From: an uncultured Eggerthellaceae bacterium
GTDB lineage: Bacteria; Actinomycetota; Coriobacteriia; Coriobacteriales; Eggerthellaceae
Assembly: GCA_947632575.1 (NCBI GenBank)
Contig: CANRPV010000001.1
Location: forward strand, 102-64,101
Reading direction: 5' to 3'
Length of the DNA: 64,000 nucleotides
Below the pieces are notes generated by a model that had not been told where the DNA came from, did no database searches, and saw nothing but the letters and a program-made list of their open reading frames with translations. The translations under genes and the position numbers were made by a program. Positions 55,175 to 64,000 of this stretch are shown here, piece after piece. The first letter of the stretch is position 1; every line of letters begins with the position of its first letter.

Positions 55175-57358
55175 TTAAAGGATCATCTTCGTCTCTTCGA
55201 GTTTGCTCATGGTGAGCTCATAGAGCTTAATGATGGGTCGGCGCAGCGCCAAACCTATGAGAAGCGAGGGGATCAAAATAAGCAGCAGCTTGCCGATGCT
55301 TAGCCAGTAGGTATTGCCATAGATGCCAGCGACGCAGCTCTGGAAGGCCTCCATGGTATGGGAGAAGGGAAGCCACGGATAGATCACTTGGAAAATCGGT
55401 GCGGACATGACCACCGGGAATTCGCCGCCGGATCCCGCTATTTGCATGACGAGGCCGATCACGGCGATAGCCTCGCCCACTTTGCCGAAGGAAAGCACGA
55501 GGGTGTAGATCAGATTGCTGAACACCAGCGCCGCCGCCCAGCCCGTCAACAGGAAGAGGAAGGGATGTTCGCACTGGATTCCCACGAAGAAGATATCGCC
55601 GAGGCAAACGAGCGTGGCCTGGATGAGCGCGATCAAAAGGAATATCAGATAGCGACCAAGATAGAGCTGGGAGGGTTTGGGGTTGGAGAGCTCTTTACGC
55701 CTAAACTCCGGAACGTTGACCTCCATCAAGGCGATAAGGAAGATAGATCCGATCCAAATCGAGAGGGAGGTATAGAACGGCGCCATGGCGCTGCCGTTAT
55801 TGGCGACGGGGTAGACGGCATGGCGCTCGACGGTGGTGGGCGCCGAGATGATCTCCGCGAGCCTTCCGGGATCAGATCCGATGATGCGCCGCACCTCCTC
55901 AAGGTTTCCCGAGTCGATGGCTGTTTGGAGTTCTGCCTGGGTGGAAGCGAGTGAGTCCCTCGTCTCCCTCAAAACGCCGGTGGCTCCCTCTAGGGAATCT
56001 TGGACGCCGCCAAGGTCAGTTGCGAGCGATTGTGAAGCGATCGCGAGGCTTTGAGCGGCGGCCTGGAGTTCCTCGGTAATGGACGCGAGCGCTTGTTTGA
56101 CCTCCGCAAGGGTCGCGATGAGCTGGTCAAGGCCTTCACTTAAATCCGCGCCGAGGGTGCCGTGGATACCGTCGATCTCACGCTGGGCTTCATTGAGCGC
56201 GTTTTGAACTTGAGTGCGAGTGTCGCTCAGATCCTCGTTGCCCTGTTGAATGTCCTTGATGGCTTGATCGATGTTGGACTGGAGTGACTCTAAATCTTTG
56301 ATAGCCTGTTGAATGGAGCTCAGCGCTTCGTTGATGTCGGTACTTGAGCCCGGATTCGAACTTTGGATTTGCTCGAGAATGCCCTCTAGGTCTTGGTAAC
56401 TTTGGATGAGCGAGCCAACCTCGTTCGAGAGGCTCTCTAAGGTGGATTCCGCGGGGCCAGCTACCGCTTGTACCGCGTTAAGAGCCCCGTTTACCGCGGT
56501 GTCCACCGAGCTGAAACTGTTCTTGGCGGATGCGATGGTTTGGTCGATCAGAGATCCGGTGTCGCTTAAGGCCGCGACCGCCTCCTCAAGAGCCGTTTGA
56601 GCCTCATCCATAAAGGGGCCGACCTGATCACCGATGCTCTCTGAGGAGACCAGAGCGGAAGAGGATGCGTTGAGCAGGGTGGCGGTGGAGCCCACCAGGG
56701 CAGACAGAGCTTCACCGGTTCCAACGGCGCCGTCGAGATCATCGATCACCTCGCAAAGCTGGCCGTTGAGATTTGTGGCATAGCTTCCTATCCCATCGCC
56801 GTTCATGAAGTTCGTGAGGTCGGAGACGCTGCCGAGAGCCACTTCGGTGACGGTGCGCATAAAGGTTTCATCCACCCGAATCGCCAGGTTGCTGGCTCCT
56901 TCGCTCGTGAGCCTCGGTGCGATGGCGTTTTCCTTCTGATTGGTGTAGAAGTCGATGGTCGCGTGATCCATGTGATCCGAAAAGACCGTCATGAGGTCGG
57001 CGGAGAAATTCTTCGGGATCACGATGGAGGCGTAGTAACGGCCAGAGTTGATACCGTCAATCGCCTCCTCAGCGCTTACGAACTCCCAATCAAAGGATTT
57101 GTTGTCATGGAGAGCCGAAACGATCGCGCTTCCGGCATTGATGCGGGTCGGGATCAGACTGGATTGGTAGCCCTCGTCCTCGTTGGCTACGGCAACGGGA
57201 ATACGGTCGGTGTTTGAGAAGGGATCCCAGAATCCCAAAATATTGAACCAGGCGTAGAGCGGCGGTACGATGGTAAGCCCCACCAAAACAACACCGGCGA
57301 TGACATTGCCCATCAGGTTATGTAGATCCTGCTTGAATATCCGGAAGATGTTCTTCAT
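55175..57358 (-). CDS. YhgE/Pip-domain membrane protein (ABC-2-type permease fold with a long extracytoplasmic coiled-coil insert)
   Basis: 727 aa. N-terminal TM, then a roughly 400-aa Ala/Ser/Leu/Gln-rich helical region, then 5 C-terminal TM helices. ATGA overlap with the upstream paralogue. Confidence 0.8.
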   Translation of the reverse strand: MKNIFRIFKQDLHNLMGNVIAGVVLVGLTIVPPLYAWFNILGFWDPFSNTDRIPVAVANEDEGYQSSLIPTRINAGSAIVSALHDNKSFDWEFVSAEEAIDGINSGRYYASIVIPKNFSADLMTVFSDHMDHATIDFYTNQKENAIAPRLTSEGASNLAIRVDETFMRTVTEVALGSVSDLTNFMNGDGIGSYATNLNGQLCEVIDDLDGAVGTGEALSALVGSTATLLNASSSALVSSESIGDQVGPFMDEAQTALEEAVAALSDTGSLIDQTIASAKNSFSSVDTAVNGALNAVQAVAGPAESTLESLSNEVGSLIQSYQDLEGILEQIQSSNPGSSTDINEALSSIQQAIKDLESLQSNIDQAIKDIQQGNEDLSDTRTQVQNALNEAQREIDGIHGTLGADLSEGLDQLIATLAEVKQALASITEELQAAAQSLAIASQSLATDLGGVQDSLEGATGVLRETRDSLASTQAELQTAIDSGNLEEVRRIIGSDPGRLAEIISAPTTVERHAVYPVANNGSAMAPFYTSLSIWIGSIFLIALMEVNVPEFRRKELSNPKPSQLYLGRYLIFLLIALIQATLVCLGDIFFVGIQCEHPFLFLLTGWAAALVFSNLIYTLVLSFGKVGEAIAVIGLVMQIAGSGGEFPVVMSAPIFQVIYPWLPFSHTMEAFQSCVAGIYGNTYWLSIGKLLLILIPSLLIGLALRRPIIKLYELTMSKLEETKMIL

Positions 57359-59988
57359 GATTTCAAGCCTTTGTCGATCCGCGCCTGGGCTTTGTCGAGC
57401 AACTCATCTTCGCTCATATGGCTCATTTGCACCTGGTAGTTGAGATCCTCGTTGAGAAATTCGACGACCACCAAAAAGGCGCAAGCCAAGATGATGCCCC
57501 AGGACATGAGCACGAGCAGCACCACGCGCGTGTCCACATCCACGTTGAAGACGAGTCGAAGGATTAAGGTCAGGATTATCACAAAGAACAGGATGATCCA
57601 GCCTCCATGGATAAGCAGCGGATAGTCATCCCTGAAGCGACGAACGCGCTGGTTGAGCTTTTGACGATACTCGTCGGAGTTGAGCATGGCCTCGATGAGC
57701 GAGCGAAGACGGAAGCGCTCATGGGCCGAGGCGATATTCTCGTTGAGGAGAAATCCGGTCTCACCGAGCTTATGGTCGAACAGCAGGTTGAGATTGAACG
57801 AATATCGTCCCACCACAAGACCGATGAAAAAGCCGATGGGCAGATACAGCCCTAAGATCGCCAGATCAAACCAGTATTGCAGGCCGTACATGCCGCCGAT
57901 GGCCTCGCGCATGGCGTCAATGCTATAGGTGAAGGGCAGAAGCGGGTTGATGAGCTGGTAAAACGGCGGCATCATCTCGACCGGGTAGGTTCCGGACGAA
58001 CCTGGAATCTGCACGATCAAGAAAACCACCGCGATAGCGCGCCCGATGTGGCGGAAAGCGTAGGTGAGGGCGAAAATGAGGTTGACGTACACGAAGACCG
58101 CGAAAAGTCCCGCACCTACGAAGGCAACGGGGTTGTGGCATTCGACGCCAAGCACCAGATCGCCGACGCAGACGATGAGTCCCTGGAGAAGACCAAGCAG
58201 GATGATCAGAAGCCACCGAGCGAAATATGCCTGGGTGAGCGTGAACTTCGGAAGACCCTCGGGGTCCACCTGGACCTTAAAGACCGCCAAAAGGATAAAG
58301 CCGGCGACCCAAAGACCGAGGTTGGTGAAAAAGGGCGCGACGCCGGAACCGTAGGTGGCGATGGGGTAGAGCACCTCGCTGTGCAAAGTGATGGGCGAGG
58401 CCATGAAATCCCCAACGTCATCAGGGTTGATACCAAGGTAGGTGGCCAGATTTTTCACCGCTTCGGAATTTCGCAGGGCCGTGAGATCGGTAAGCGCGCT
58501 CTGAAGCGTCGCCTGGACGTCTCCCAAGGATGAGGAGATGAGGGAACTGGTGGCTTTCGCCTGGTCTATGGTGGAACTGAGCTCATCGAGGGTAGACAGG
58601 GATGAGGTAATGATCGGCTCTAGAGCTGTCCCGATTCCCTCAAGACTCCCCAGTGCGCTCGATAAAGCGTCAAGACTCGCGGAGAATTCGGGAATGATGG
58701 CGCCTTGGACGACCGCTGAGTCTTTCGTGATCTCATCGACGCCGGATTGCACCGCTTGGTTCGTGGTGCTAACCGCGGAATCGACGCTGGTGGCGGCATC
58801 CCCGAGGGCAGTGGAAAGCTTTTGGAGCTGCTCGATTGTCTCCTCCGTGCTCTGGTTGTCTGCTTCGAGCTTGTCGAGGAGATCTTTAATTGTTTGCTTG
58901 CTGCCCGCTAAAGACTCAAGCTGTTCGAGAATCCGCTGGTTGTTGGCGTTGAGGGATTGGGCGTCGCTGAGTGCTTTATCCACCTGGCCTTCCGCCTGAA
59001 TGAGGGCTGCGGTGGTCTTAGCGGTTCCTTGGGCGATGGAGGTGGAGACCTTACCCAAAGAGAGAGCGGCGGAGGCGACGGAAGAGGCCACCTGAGTACC
59101 ATAGGTTCCCAGGTCGCTTCGCATCTGACCCAGGTTCGATCGCGCGTCAGCGAGGCGTCCTTCAAGGCTTGGCAGTTCATCGTTCAAGTCGCGCAACGCC
59201 GTCTGAGCATGGGATATGGCATTTTGAGCCTCATCAAAGGTGGGATCGAGATTGCCGAGTTGTTGTTGAGTCTCGGCGATGGCGCCTTGAGCCTGGGAGA
59301 TGCTTTGACTCAGTTTCGCATCGGCGGCATCGCTTGAACTTTCCACCTGGCGTCCAGTTTTCTGTCCCAGTTCCACTACCGTTTCGCTCACCGTGGAGAC
59401 GAAGGTCATGTTGATCTCGTTTTCCAAGGTGGAGGCTCCGATATTGGTGATCTCCGGTGCGGAGGCCGAAATTTTCTCATTCACGTAATAATCTATGATT
59501 GGTCGCTTGAAATCGCCCGAGAAGACGCTCAGGAAATCGGCACTGAAGTCTTTCGGGATGACGATGGCGGCATAGTATTCGCCTGACTGGACACCATCCA
59601 TAGCCTGCTGTTCGGAGACGAATTCCCAGCCGAGCTCATGGTTTTCCTTGAGCTTCTCCACCACTTGTTCGCCCACGTTTAAGTGACCGATGAGTTCGTT
59701 GTCGGCACCGCTATCCTCGTCGGCCACCGCCACCTTTATGGCGTCGGTGCGCTGATAGGGATCCCAATTCGCCTCGATGGTGTACCACGCGTAGAGCGAG
59801 GGCATAAAGCAGATGCCGATAACGATGATAAGGGCGATGGGATTTCGCAGAAGGCGTATAACGTCGCGCTTAAAAATCTGAAGGATGATCGGTATGTTTT
59901 TGCCGTGTTTCACTGGGTCAAAGAATGTCTCTTGTATGCCTCTTAGTTCTGAAGTGCCGATTTGACCATCTAGGGGATAATATACCAA
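57355..59988 (-). CDS. YhgE/Pip-domain membrane protein, paralogue with an extra C-terminal 2-TM extension
   Basis: 877 aa, TTG start. Same architecture as the downstream gene, sharing motifs such as YYAAIVIPKDFSAD versus YYASIVIPKNFSAD. Confidence 0.8.
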   Translation of the reverse strand: MVYYPLDGQIGTSELRGIQETFFDPVKHGKNIPIILQIFKRDVIRLLRNPIALIIVIGICFMPSLYAWYTIEANWDPYQRTDAIKVAVADEDSGADNELIGHLNVGEQVVEKLKENHELGWEFVSEQQAMDGVQSGEYYAAIVIPKDFSADFLSVFSGDFKRPIIDYYVNEKISASAPEITNIGASTLENEINMTFVSTVSETVVELGQKTGRQVESSSDAADAKLSQSISQAQGAIAETQQQLGNLDPTFDEAQNAISHAQTALRDLNDELPSLEGRLADARSNLGQMRSDLGTYGTQVASSVASAALSLGKVSTSIAQGTAKTTAALIQAEGQVDKALSDAQSLNANNQRILEQLESLAGSKQTIKDLLDKLEADNQSTEETIEQLQKLSTALGDAATSVDSAVSTTNQAVQSGVDEITKDSAVVQGAIIPEFSASLDALSSALGSLEGIGTALEPIITSSLSTLDELSSTIDQAKATSSLISSSLGDVQATLQSALTDLTALRNSEAVKNLATYLGINPDDVGDFMASPITLHSEVLYPIATYGSGVAPFFTNLGLWVAGFILLAVFKVQVDPEGLPKFTLTQAYFARWLLIILLGLLQGLIVCVGDLVLGVECHNPVAFVGAGLFAVFVYVNLIFALTYAFRHIGRAIAVVFLIVQIPGSSGTYPVEMMPPFYQLINPLLPFTYSIDAMREAIGGMYGLQYWFDLAILGLYLPIGFFIGLVVGRYSFNLNLLFDHKLGETGFLLNENIASAHERFRLRSLIEAMLNSDEYRQKLNQRVRRFRDDYPLLIHGGWIILFFVIILTLILRLVFNVDVDTRVVLLVLMSWGIILACAFLVVVEFLNEDLNYQVQMSHMSEDELLDKAQARIDKGLKS

Positions 59989-60095
59989 TCGACTAGAATA
60001 TGAGGGTTCGACGGCCCAAAGCGGCCAAAAGCTGAGTTAAACACCCCGCCTTAAACCTATGGGCAAGAGGACCGGGGTTCGAAAGGCAATCGAGG

Positions 60096-61691
60096 ATGAC
60101 GACGGCCAGACGCATATATAGTTACGATTCGACTCTGCGAGATGGGGAGCAGCAGGAAGGCATAAGTCTTTCCCTGGAAGATAAGCTGCGTATCGTCAAG
60201 CGTCTGGATGATTTCGGCATCGATTACATCGAGGGAGGCTTTCCCGCCTCAAATCCCAAGGACAAAGCCTTTTTCGACGCACTCAAGATCATGGATTTGC
60301 GCCACAGCACCATCGCTGCTTTTGGATCCACCTGCAAAAAGAATGTGGCGGCAGCCGATGATCCGGGCATCCAAAGCCTCATCGAGAGCGGGACGCGGGT
60401 TGTGACTTTAGTGGGTAAGACCTGGGATGCTCAGGTGACGTTTGCGTTGCGCACGGAACTTCAGGAAAACCTCCGCATGATCGCCGATTCGGTGGCTTGT
60501 TGCAAAGCTGCCGGTCGAGAGGTGGTTTTCGACGCCGAGCATTTCTTTGACGGTTATAAGGCCAACAGCGACTATGCCATGGCCTGTCTACTTGCCGCCC
60601 ACGAAGCGGGGGTAGACGCCATAGACCTCTGTGATACGAACGGAGGAAGTCTGCCTTTCGAGGTGGGGAGCATCGTGAGCGCCGTCGTGGCTGCGTTTCC
60701 CGACACATCCATCGGCATCCACTGTCACAATGACGCGGGTTGCGCCGTGGCTAACAGCCTAGCGGCGGTGAACGCCGGTGCCAGTCGCGTCCAAGGGACG
60801 ATCAATGGCATAGGCGAGCGGGTAGGCAACGCTGATCTTTTGACGATCATCGCCGATCTTGAACTTAAGATGGGTTGTTTCTGTGTCGGTCCGGAGAAGC
60901 TCAAGGGAATGTCCAGCCTTTCCCACTATGTGGCCGAGCTCTGCAACCTCTCCGTTGCGCCATCTCATCCCTACACGGGTAAATCGGCTTTTGCTCATAA
61001 GGGCGGTCTTCATGCGAGCGCCATCGCGCGTTTTCCCGGGGCCTACAATCACGCGGACCCTGAAAGCGTCGGTAATGGGAGCCGTATGGTGGTAAGTGAA
61101 CTTGCCGGTAAGGCGTCACTTCTCTCCAAGGCCGCGGCTTTAGGTTTTGATCTCGATGATGCTTCGGTAGATGTCCAAGGCATTTTGGATGACATCAAGG
61201 AGAGGGAATCACGCGGCTATACCTACGAGGTAGCTGATGGCTCGCTGGCTTTGCTGCTGAGGAGACATCTGGGCGTCTATAGGCCCTTCTTTACCTTGGA
61301 GAGCTTCCGCGTGATCGTCGATGATCGGGAGGATACGGGGGCTCTCGCCAAAGACGCCTCCTCGGAGGCGACCATTAAGATCCACGTGGGTGATCGCCGC
61401 TTCGTGGCCACCGGTGAGGGAACCGGTCCGGTGGGGGCCCTCGACAACGCGCTTCGCATGGCCATTCGGGAATCATTCCCCGAGGTTGAGGCCATGGAGC
61501 TTTTGGACTACAAGGTGCGCCTTCCCGACGAAAGCCAAGGTACCGGTGCGGTGACTCGCGTTACCATCACCACAGGTGATGCCGAGGGGACCTGGGGTAC
61601 CGTCGGCGTGTCGGAAAACGTGATCGAGGCATCTTGGAACGCGTTGGTGGAATCCATCGAGTATGGGCTGTTGCGGGCTTTAAGATCCTAA
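60096..61691 (+). CDS. cimA: (R)-citramalate synthase (LeuA/CimA family)
   Basis: 531 aa. [34 protein letters not shown] and a C-terminal LeuA-dimerisation-type domain. Length and N-terminus fit the CimA type rather than LeuA. Confidence 0.8.
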   Translation: MTTARRIYSYDSTLRDGEQQEGISLSLEDKLRIVKRLDDFGIDYIEGGFPASNPKDKAFFDALKIMDLRHSTIAAFGSTCKKNVAAADDPGIQSLIESGTRVVTLVGKTWDAQVTFALRTELQENLRMIADSVACCKAAGREVVFDAEHFFDGYKANSDYAMACLLAAHEAGVDAIDLCDTNGGSLPFEVGSIVSAVVAAFPDTSIGIHCHNDAGCAVANSLAAVNAGASRVQGTINGIGERVGNADLLTIIADLELKMGCFCVGPEKLKGMSSLSHYVAELCNLSVAPSHPYTGKSAFAHKGGLHASAIARFPGAYNHADPESVGNGSRMVVSELAGKASLLSKAAALGFDLDDASVDVQGILDDIKERESRGYTYEVADGSLALLLRRHLGVYRPFFTLESFRVIVDDREDTGALAKDASSEATIKIHVGDRRFVATGEGTGPVGALDNALRMAIRESFPEVEAMELLDYKVRLPDESQGTGAVTRVTITTGDAEGTWGTVGVSENVIEASWNALVESIEYGLLRALRS

Positions 61692-61719
61692 CTTTAAGGT
61701 CCTAACCTTAAGGTCCTAA
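61678..61719. repeat. 14-bp tandem repeat x3 beginning with the last codons plus stop of cimA
   Basis: CTTTAAGATCCTAA / CTTTAAGGTCCTAA / CCTTAAGGTCCTAA. Confidence 0.9.
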
Positions 61720-61729
61720 GGAAGCGAAC

Positions 61730-62035
61730 ATGGATGAAATTAGAACGAAAGCAGTGAACGACCTTTTGCAGGTGCTTGCCCGTTTGGACGATGAAGATGA
61801 GATCTTCGCCCTGCTCGAGGATCTTTTCACCATTCGCGAAATCCGTGAAACGTCCCAACGCCTTATGGTGGCGCAGATGCTGAGCCAAGGTAAATCCTAT
61901 GCGGCCATCGAAGCCGCCTCCGGCGCCTCAGCCACCACCATCGCGCGAGTGTCCCGCTGCTTAAGCTATGGCAGCGGCGGGTATCAACAGGCTCTTAAGA
62001 TCCTAAACGATCTTGAGCCGGACGATAATCGTTAG
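61730..62035 (+). CDS. YerC/YecD-family TrpR-like DNA-binding protein
   Basis: 101 aa. LEDLFTIREIRETSQRLMVAQMLSQGKSYAAIEAASGASATTIARVSRCL is typical of this family. Confidence 0.8.
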   Translation: MDEIRTKAVNDLLQVLARLDDEDEIFALLEDLFTIREIRETSQRLMVAQMLSQGKSYAAIEAASGASATTIARVSRCLSYGSGGYQQALKILNDLEPDDNR

Positions 62036-62657
62036 CGATCATCTCAAGCACGAGCTGACAACGGGTTCCGATGGCCCAAGAATTTGAACTCAGGAACTCG
62101 GGCAGATCCTGCTTTTTCAGCGTGAATGGCTCGATGATCTCCTTAGCCTCCAACTGAGGTTTTCCGTCGGGTTCAGCCTTGACGAAAACCACCATCACGT
62201 TTTCCTCGGTAAGTCCAGTAGACGAGTACCCTGATTGAGCCAGAGGCCTTAGGCTTCCCGGGATCATCTTATAGCCGGTCTCTTCCTTAAGTTCCCTCTC
62301 CACGCAGTGTTCGATGGATTCGTCTTCGTCGATAAGACCGGCGGGAAAAGCCACGCACCAGGCGTTAAGAGGATAGCGAAACTCGCGAATCAAAAGGATT
62401 TCATCGTTTGGCAAGAGAGGAACGATGCAAACGGCGTCGGGCTTGGGGGGAACCCCCTCGGCATTGGCCGCCAGTTGGGCGGTGTAGGCATTATGCCCCT
62501 TACGCGAGACGCTTTCGTAACCACGAATGCTGCCGTCGGGCAGGCGATAGGAGAGCAAATACTTGTTGGCCCAACCGCTGCTTACCTGCTCCACGTCAAC
62601 CAAGGTGGGAGTTTGCGCCTTGAGTTCGTCACTGAGCTCCAACAGGTTTTTGTCCAC
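61995..62657 (-). CDS. NUDIX hydrolase (ADP-ribose pyrophosphatase-like)
   Basis: GTG 62657 after AAAGGAGGAA. Nudix box GLIDEDESIEHCVERELKEETGY. Its 3' end overlaps the yerC-like gene convergently by 41 bp. Confidence 0.8.
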   Translation of the reverse strand: MDKNLLELSDELKAQTPTLVDVEQVSSGWANKYLLSYRLPDGSIRGYESVSRKGHNAYTAQLAANAEGVPPKPDAVCIVPLLPNDEILLIREFRYPLNAWCVAFPAGLIDEDESIEHCVERELKEETGYKMIPGSLRPLAQSGYSSTGLTEENVMVVFVKAEPDGKPQLEAKEIIEPFTLKKQDLPEFLSSNSWAIGTRCQLVLEMIANDYRPAQDRLGS

Positions 62658-62975
62658 GGTTCCTCCTTTAATCAGTCTCGCCACCAAACGCTGAGACTGA
62701 TTATAGGTGATAAGCTCCAGACAAAGAAAATGGCGGCCGAGGGGGAGAGCCGCCATTTCTATGATGAGCGCTTGTAGGGTAGCGCTCGCAGGTCAGAGAG
62801 GAAGGAGGGGAAAGGATTTACTCTCATTCTGCATACCGTGATTATAGATTCTGTGGGGCCGAACAGGGGTTTTAGCCCCTGTTGGTTACCCTCGCGTTGC
62901 CCGTTCTTTTCATTGGTCAAAAAGTCGTAACCTGGCGGTTACATCACGGGTCTTGATGAAGGAGACGCGTTTTAA

Positions 62976-63413
62976 TTAGCCCTCGATAGCGATGAGCTTC
63001 TTCTCCTCGGGCTTCTCCTCAGGCTTCTCGAAAGGTACGGAGACCTTGAGGACACCGCCTTCGAACTTGGCTGTGATCTCATCCTCGCGGATGTCTTCGC
63101 CAACATAGAAGGCACGTTTGCAGGAACCCATGAAACGCTCCTTGCGAATATAGGTGCTGTCGCTTTCCTCTTCGGTCTTCTCTTCGCAGGACTGGGTGGA
63201 AGCACTGATGGACAGATAGCCATCCTTGAGCTCTACCTCAACGTTGTCCTTCTCATAGCCGGGAAGGCTTACCGTAAACTCAAGCCCTTCGTCGGTTTTC
63301 TCGATGTCGGTAGGCATCGGACGCGGCTGAGTGAAACCCTCGAGGCTGCGGAACGGAGCGGGACCGAAGGCCGGCCACATGCGGCGGCGACGCATAGGTA
63401 CAATGGTAGTCAT
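62976..63413 (-). CDS. Hsp20/alpha-crystallin small heat-shock protein
   Basis: 145 aa. Alpha-crystallin domain (DIEKTDEGLEFTVSLPGYEKDNVEVELKDGYLSISA...GVLKVSVP). Confidence 0.9.
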   Translation of the reverse strand: MTTIVPMRRRRMWPAFGPAPFRSLEGFTQPRPMPTDIEKTDEGLEFTVSLPGYEKDNVEVELKDGYLSISASTQSCEEKTEEESDSTYIRKERFMGSCKRAFYVGEDIREDEITAKFEGGVLKVSVPFEKPEEKPEEKKLIAIEG

Positions 63414-63607
63414 GGATTTCTCCCTTTCTGTGGGGGCAAAGCAGCCAGAGAGTCAGGACGTCGCAGGGCTGTAACTTAAATCCCGATGGACTTTAAGCGC
63501 CCTCTCATGTGTTAACTCAACTTCACGGGTCAGATCGTGTCGGATGTGCTTGAATCTCTGATGCGTATGCCTGTGGTTTTTGTTCACCGTAGTTATACAC
63601 CGAATAA

Positions 63608-63634
63608 TTAGCACTCGCAAGCCGAGAGTGCTAA
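63608..63634. promoter_or_regulatory. CIRCE operator (HrcA binding site), perfect consensus
   Basis: TTAGCACTC-GCAAGCCGA-GAGTGCTAA is exactly TTAGCACTC-N9-GAGTGCTAA. It lies about 195 bp upstream of the hsp20 start codon. Confidence 0.85.
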
Positions 63635-63768
63635 TTTCATGAAGCCAACACATTCCCTTGTGGTGGCACTCTTGTAGCCGCATACAGCATGTGCTTTTGA
63701 GCTGATGCTACAATAGGCTCGTGAGATGGGATGATAATGTTGGATGCGGCGTTTAAAGGGGGATTGCG

Positions 63769-64000
63769 ATGGACTTTCATAAGGTGCGCTTCAAGGCAGC
63801 CTATGGCACCGTCGATCAGCTGCCGCCATCCCAGCTTCCCGAAGTATCGTTCGCGGGGCGTTCCAATGTAGGCAAGTCCTCCTTGCTCAATCGTTTGATG
63901 TATCGCAAAAATCTCGCGAAGGTCTCCCAGGTGCCCGGCAAGACGTCCACCATTAATTTCTACGAGGTAGACGGCTGTGATCTCGTAGATTTGCCAGGCT
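63769..64000 (+). CDS. engB: Ribosome-biogenesis GTPase YihA/EngB (5' part, runs off the window)
   Basis: ATG 63769 after [24 protein letters not shown]1 motif and [14 protein letters not shown]. Confidence 0.85.
   Translation, partial: MDFHKVRFKAAYGTVDQLPPSQLPEVSFAGRSNVGKSSLLNRLMYRKNLAKVSQVPGKTSTINFYEVDGCDLVDLPG

Noticed and set aside
28152-61719. Possibility that the short tandem repeats (28152, 49435, 50924, 61678) are CRISPR-like arrays
   Set aside because: The units are contiguous with no spacers, only 14-21 bp long, with 3-4 copies and no cas genes. They are not CRISPR.

Overview
This 64-kb window looks like a mostly housekeeping chromosomal segment from a high-GC Gram-positive anaerobe. 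The gene content resembles Coriobacteriia/Actinomycetota, but that is inference and I cannot run a search. Coding density is high on both strands. Recognisable blocks, left to right: (1) a DUF2207-like membrane protein, an EamA transporter, aroK and tRNA-Arg(CCT). (2) nrdD-nrdG behind a pair of NrdR-box-like palindromes. (3) An MscS channel, pstSCAB followed directly by a PhoB/PhoR-like two-component pair, and tRNA-Leu(CAG). (4) An Asp/Glu-racemase-like gene, an opine-dehydrogenase-like gene and an orphan MetQ lipoprotein. (5) A Ser/Thr kinase fused to a polytopic membrane domain, then pdxK, serS, an aminotransferase, ddl, and YtxH and PRC-barrel proteins. (6) A class I aldolase, tRNA-Leu(CAA), hypD-hypC-hypF, pgi and an orphan LytTR response regulator. 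(7) An accessory-looking module: a small repeat protein, a tyrosine recombinase and a 1147-aa VWA surface protein with an NPQTG sorting signal. (8) cydAB, two membrane proteins, a Sir2 deacylase, focA, queD, cysE and purL. (9) Two tandem YhgE/Pip membrane proteins, cimA, a YerC/TrpR-like protein, a NUDIX hydrolase, hsp20 with a perfect CIRCE operator, and the start of engB. The most interesting signal is a 337-bp AT-rich non-coding segment bracketed by perfect 20-bp inverted repeats (42851-42870 and 43208-43227). It lies 44 bp upstream of the adhesin start codon, and the tyrosine recombinase is the gene on the other side of the adhesin. This is the architecture of a DNA-inversion phase-variation switch, and the segment also carries nested repeats. 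A candidate promoter appears to be split across the switch boundary. A second recurring oddity is short tandem duplications that copy gene termini, stop or start codon included, at cysE, focA, cimA, ddl, serS and hypD. No CRISPR array, rRNA, IS element or prophage was seen. All coordinates derived by hand from the printed sequence may be off by a base or two.
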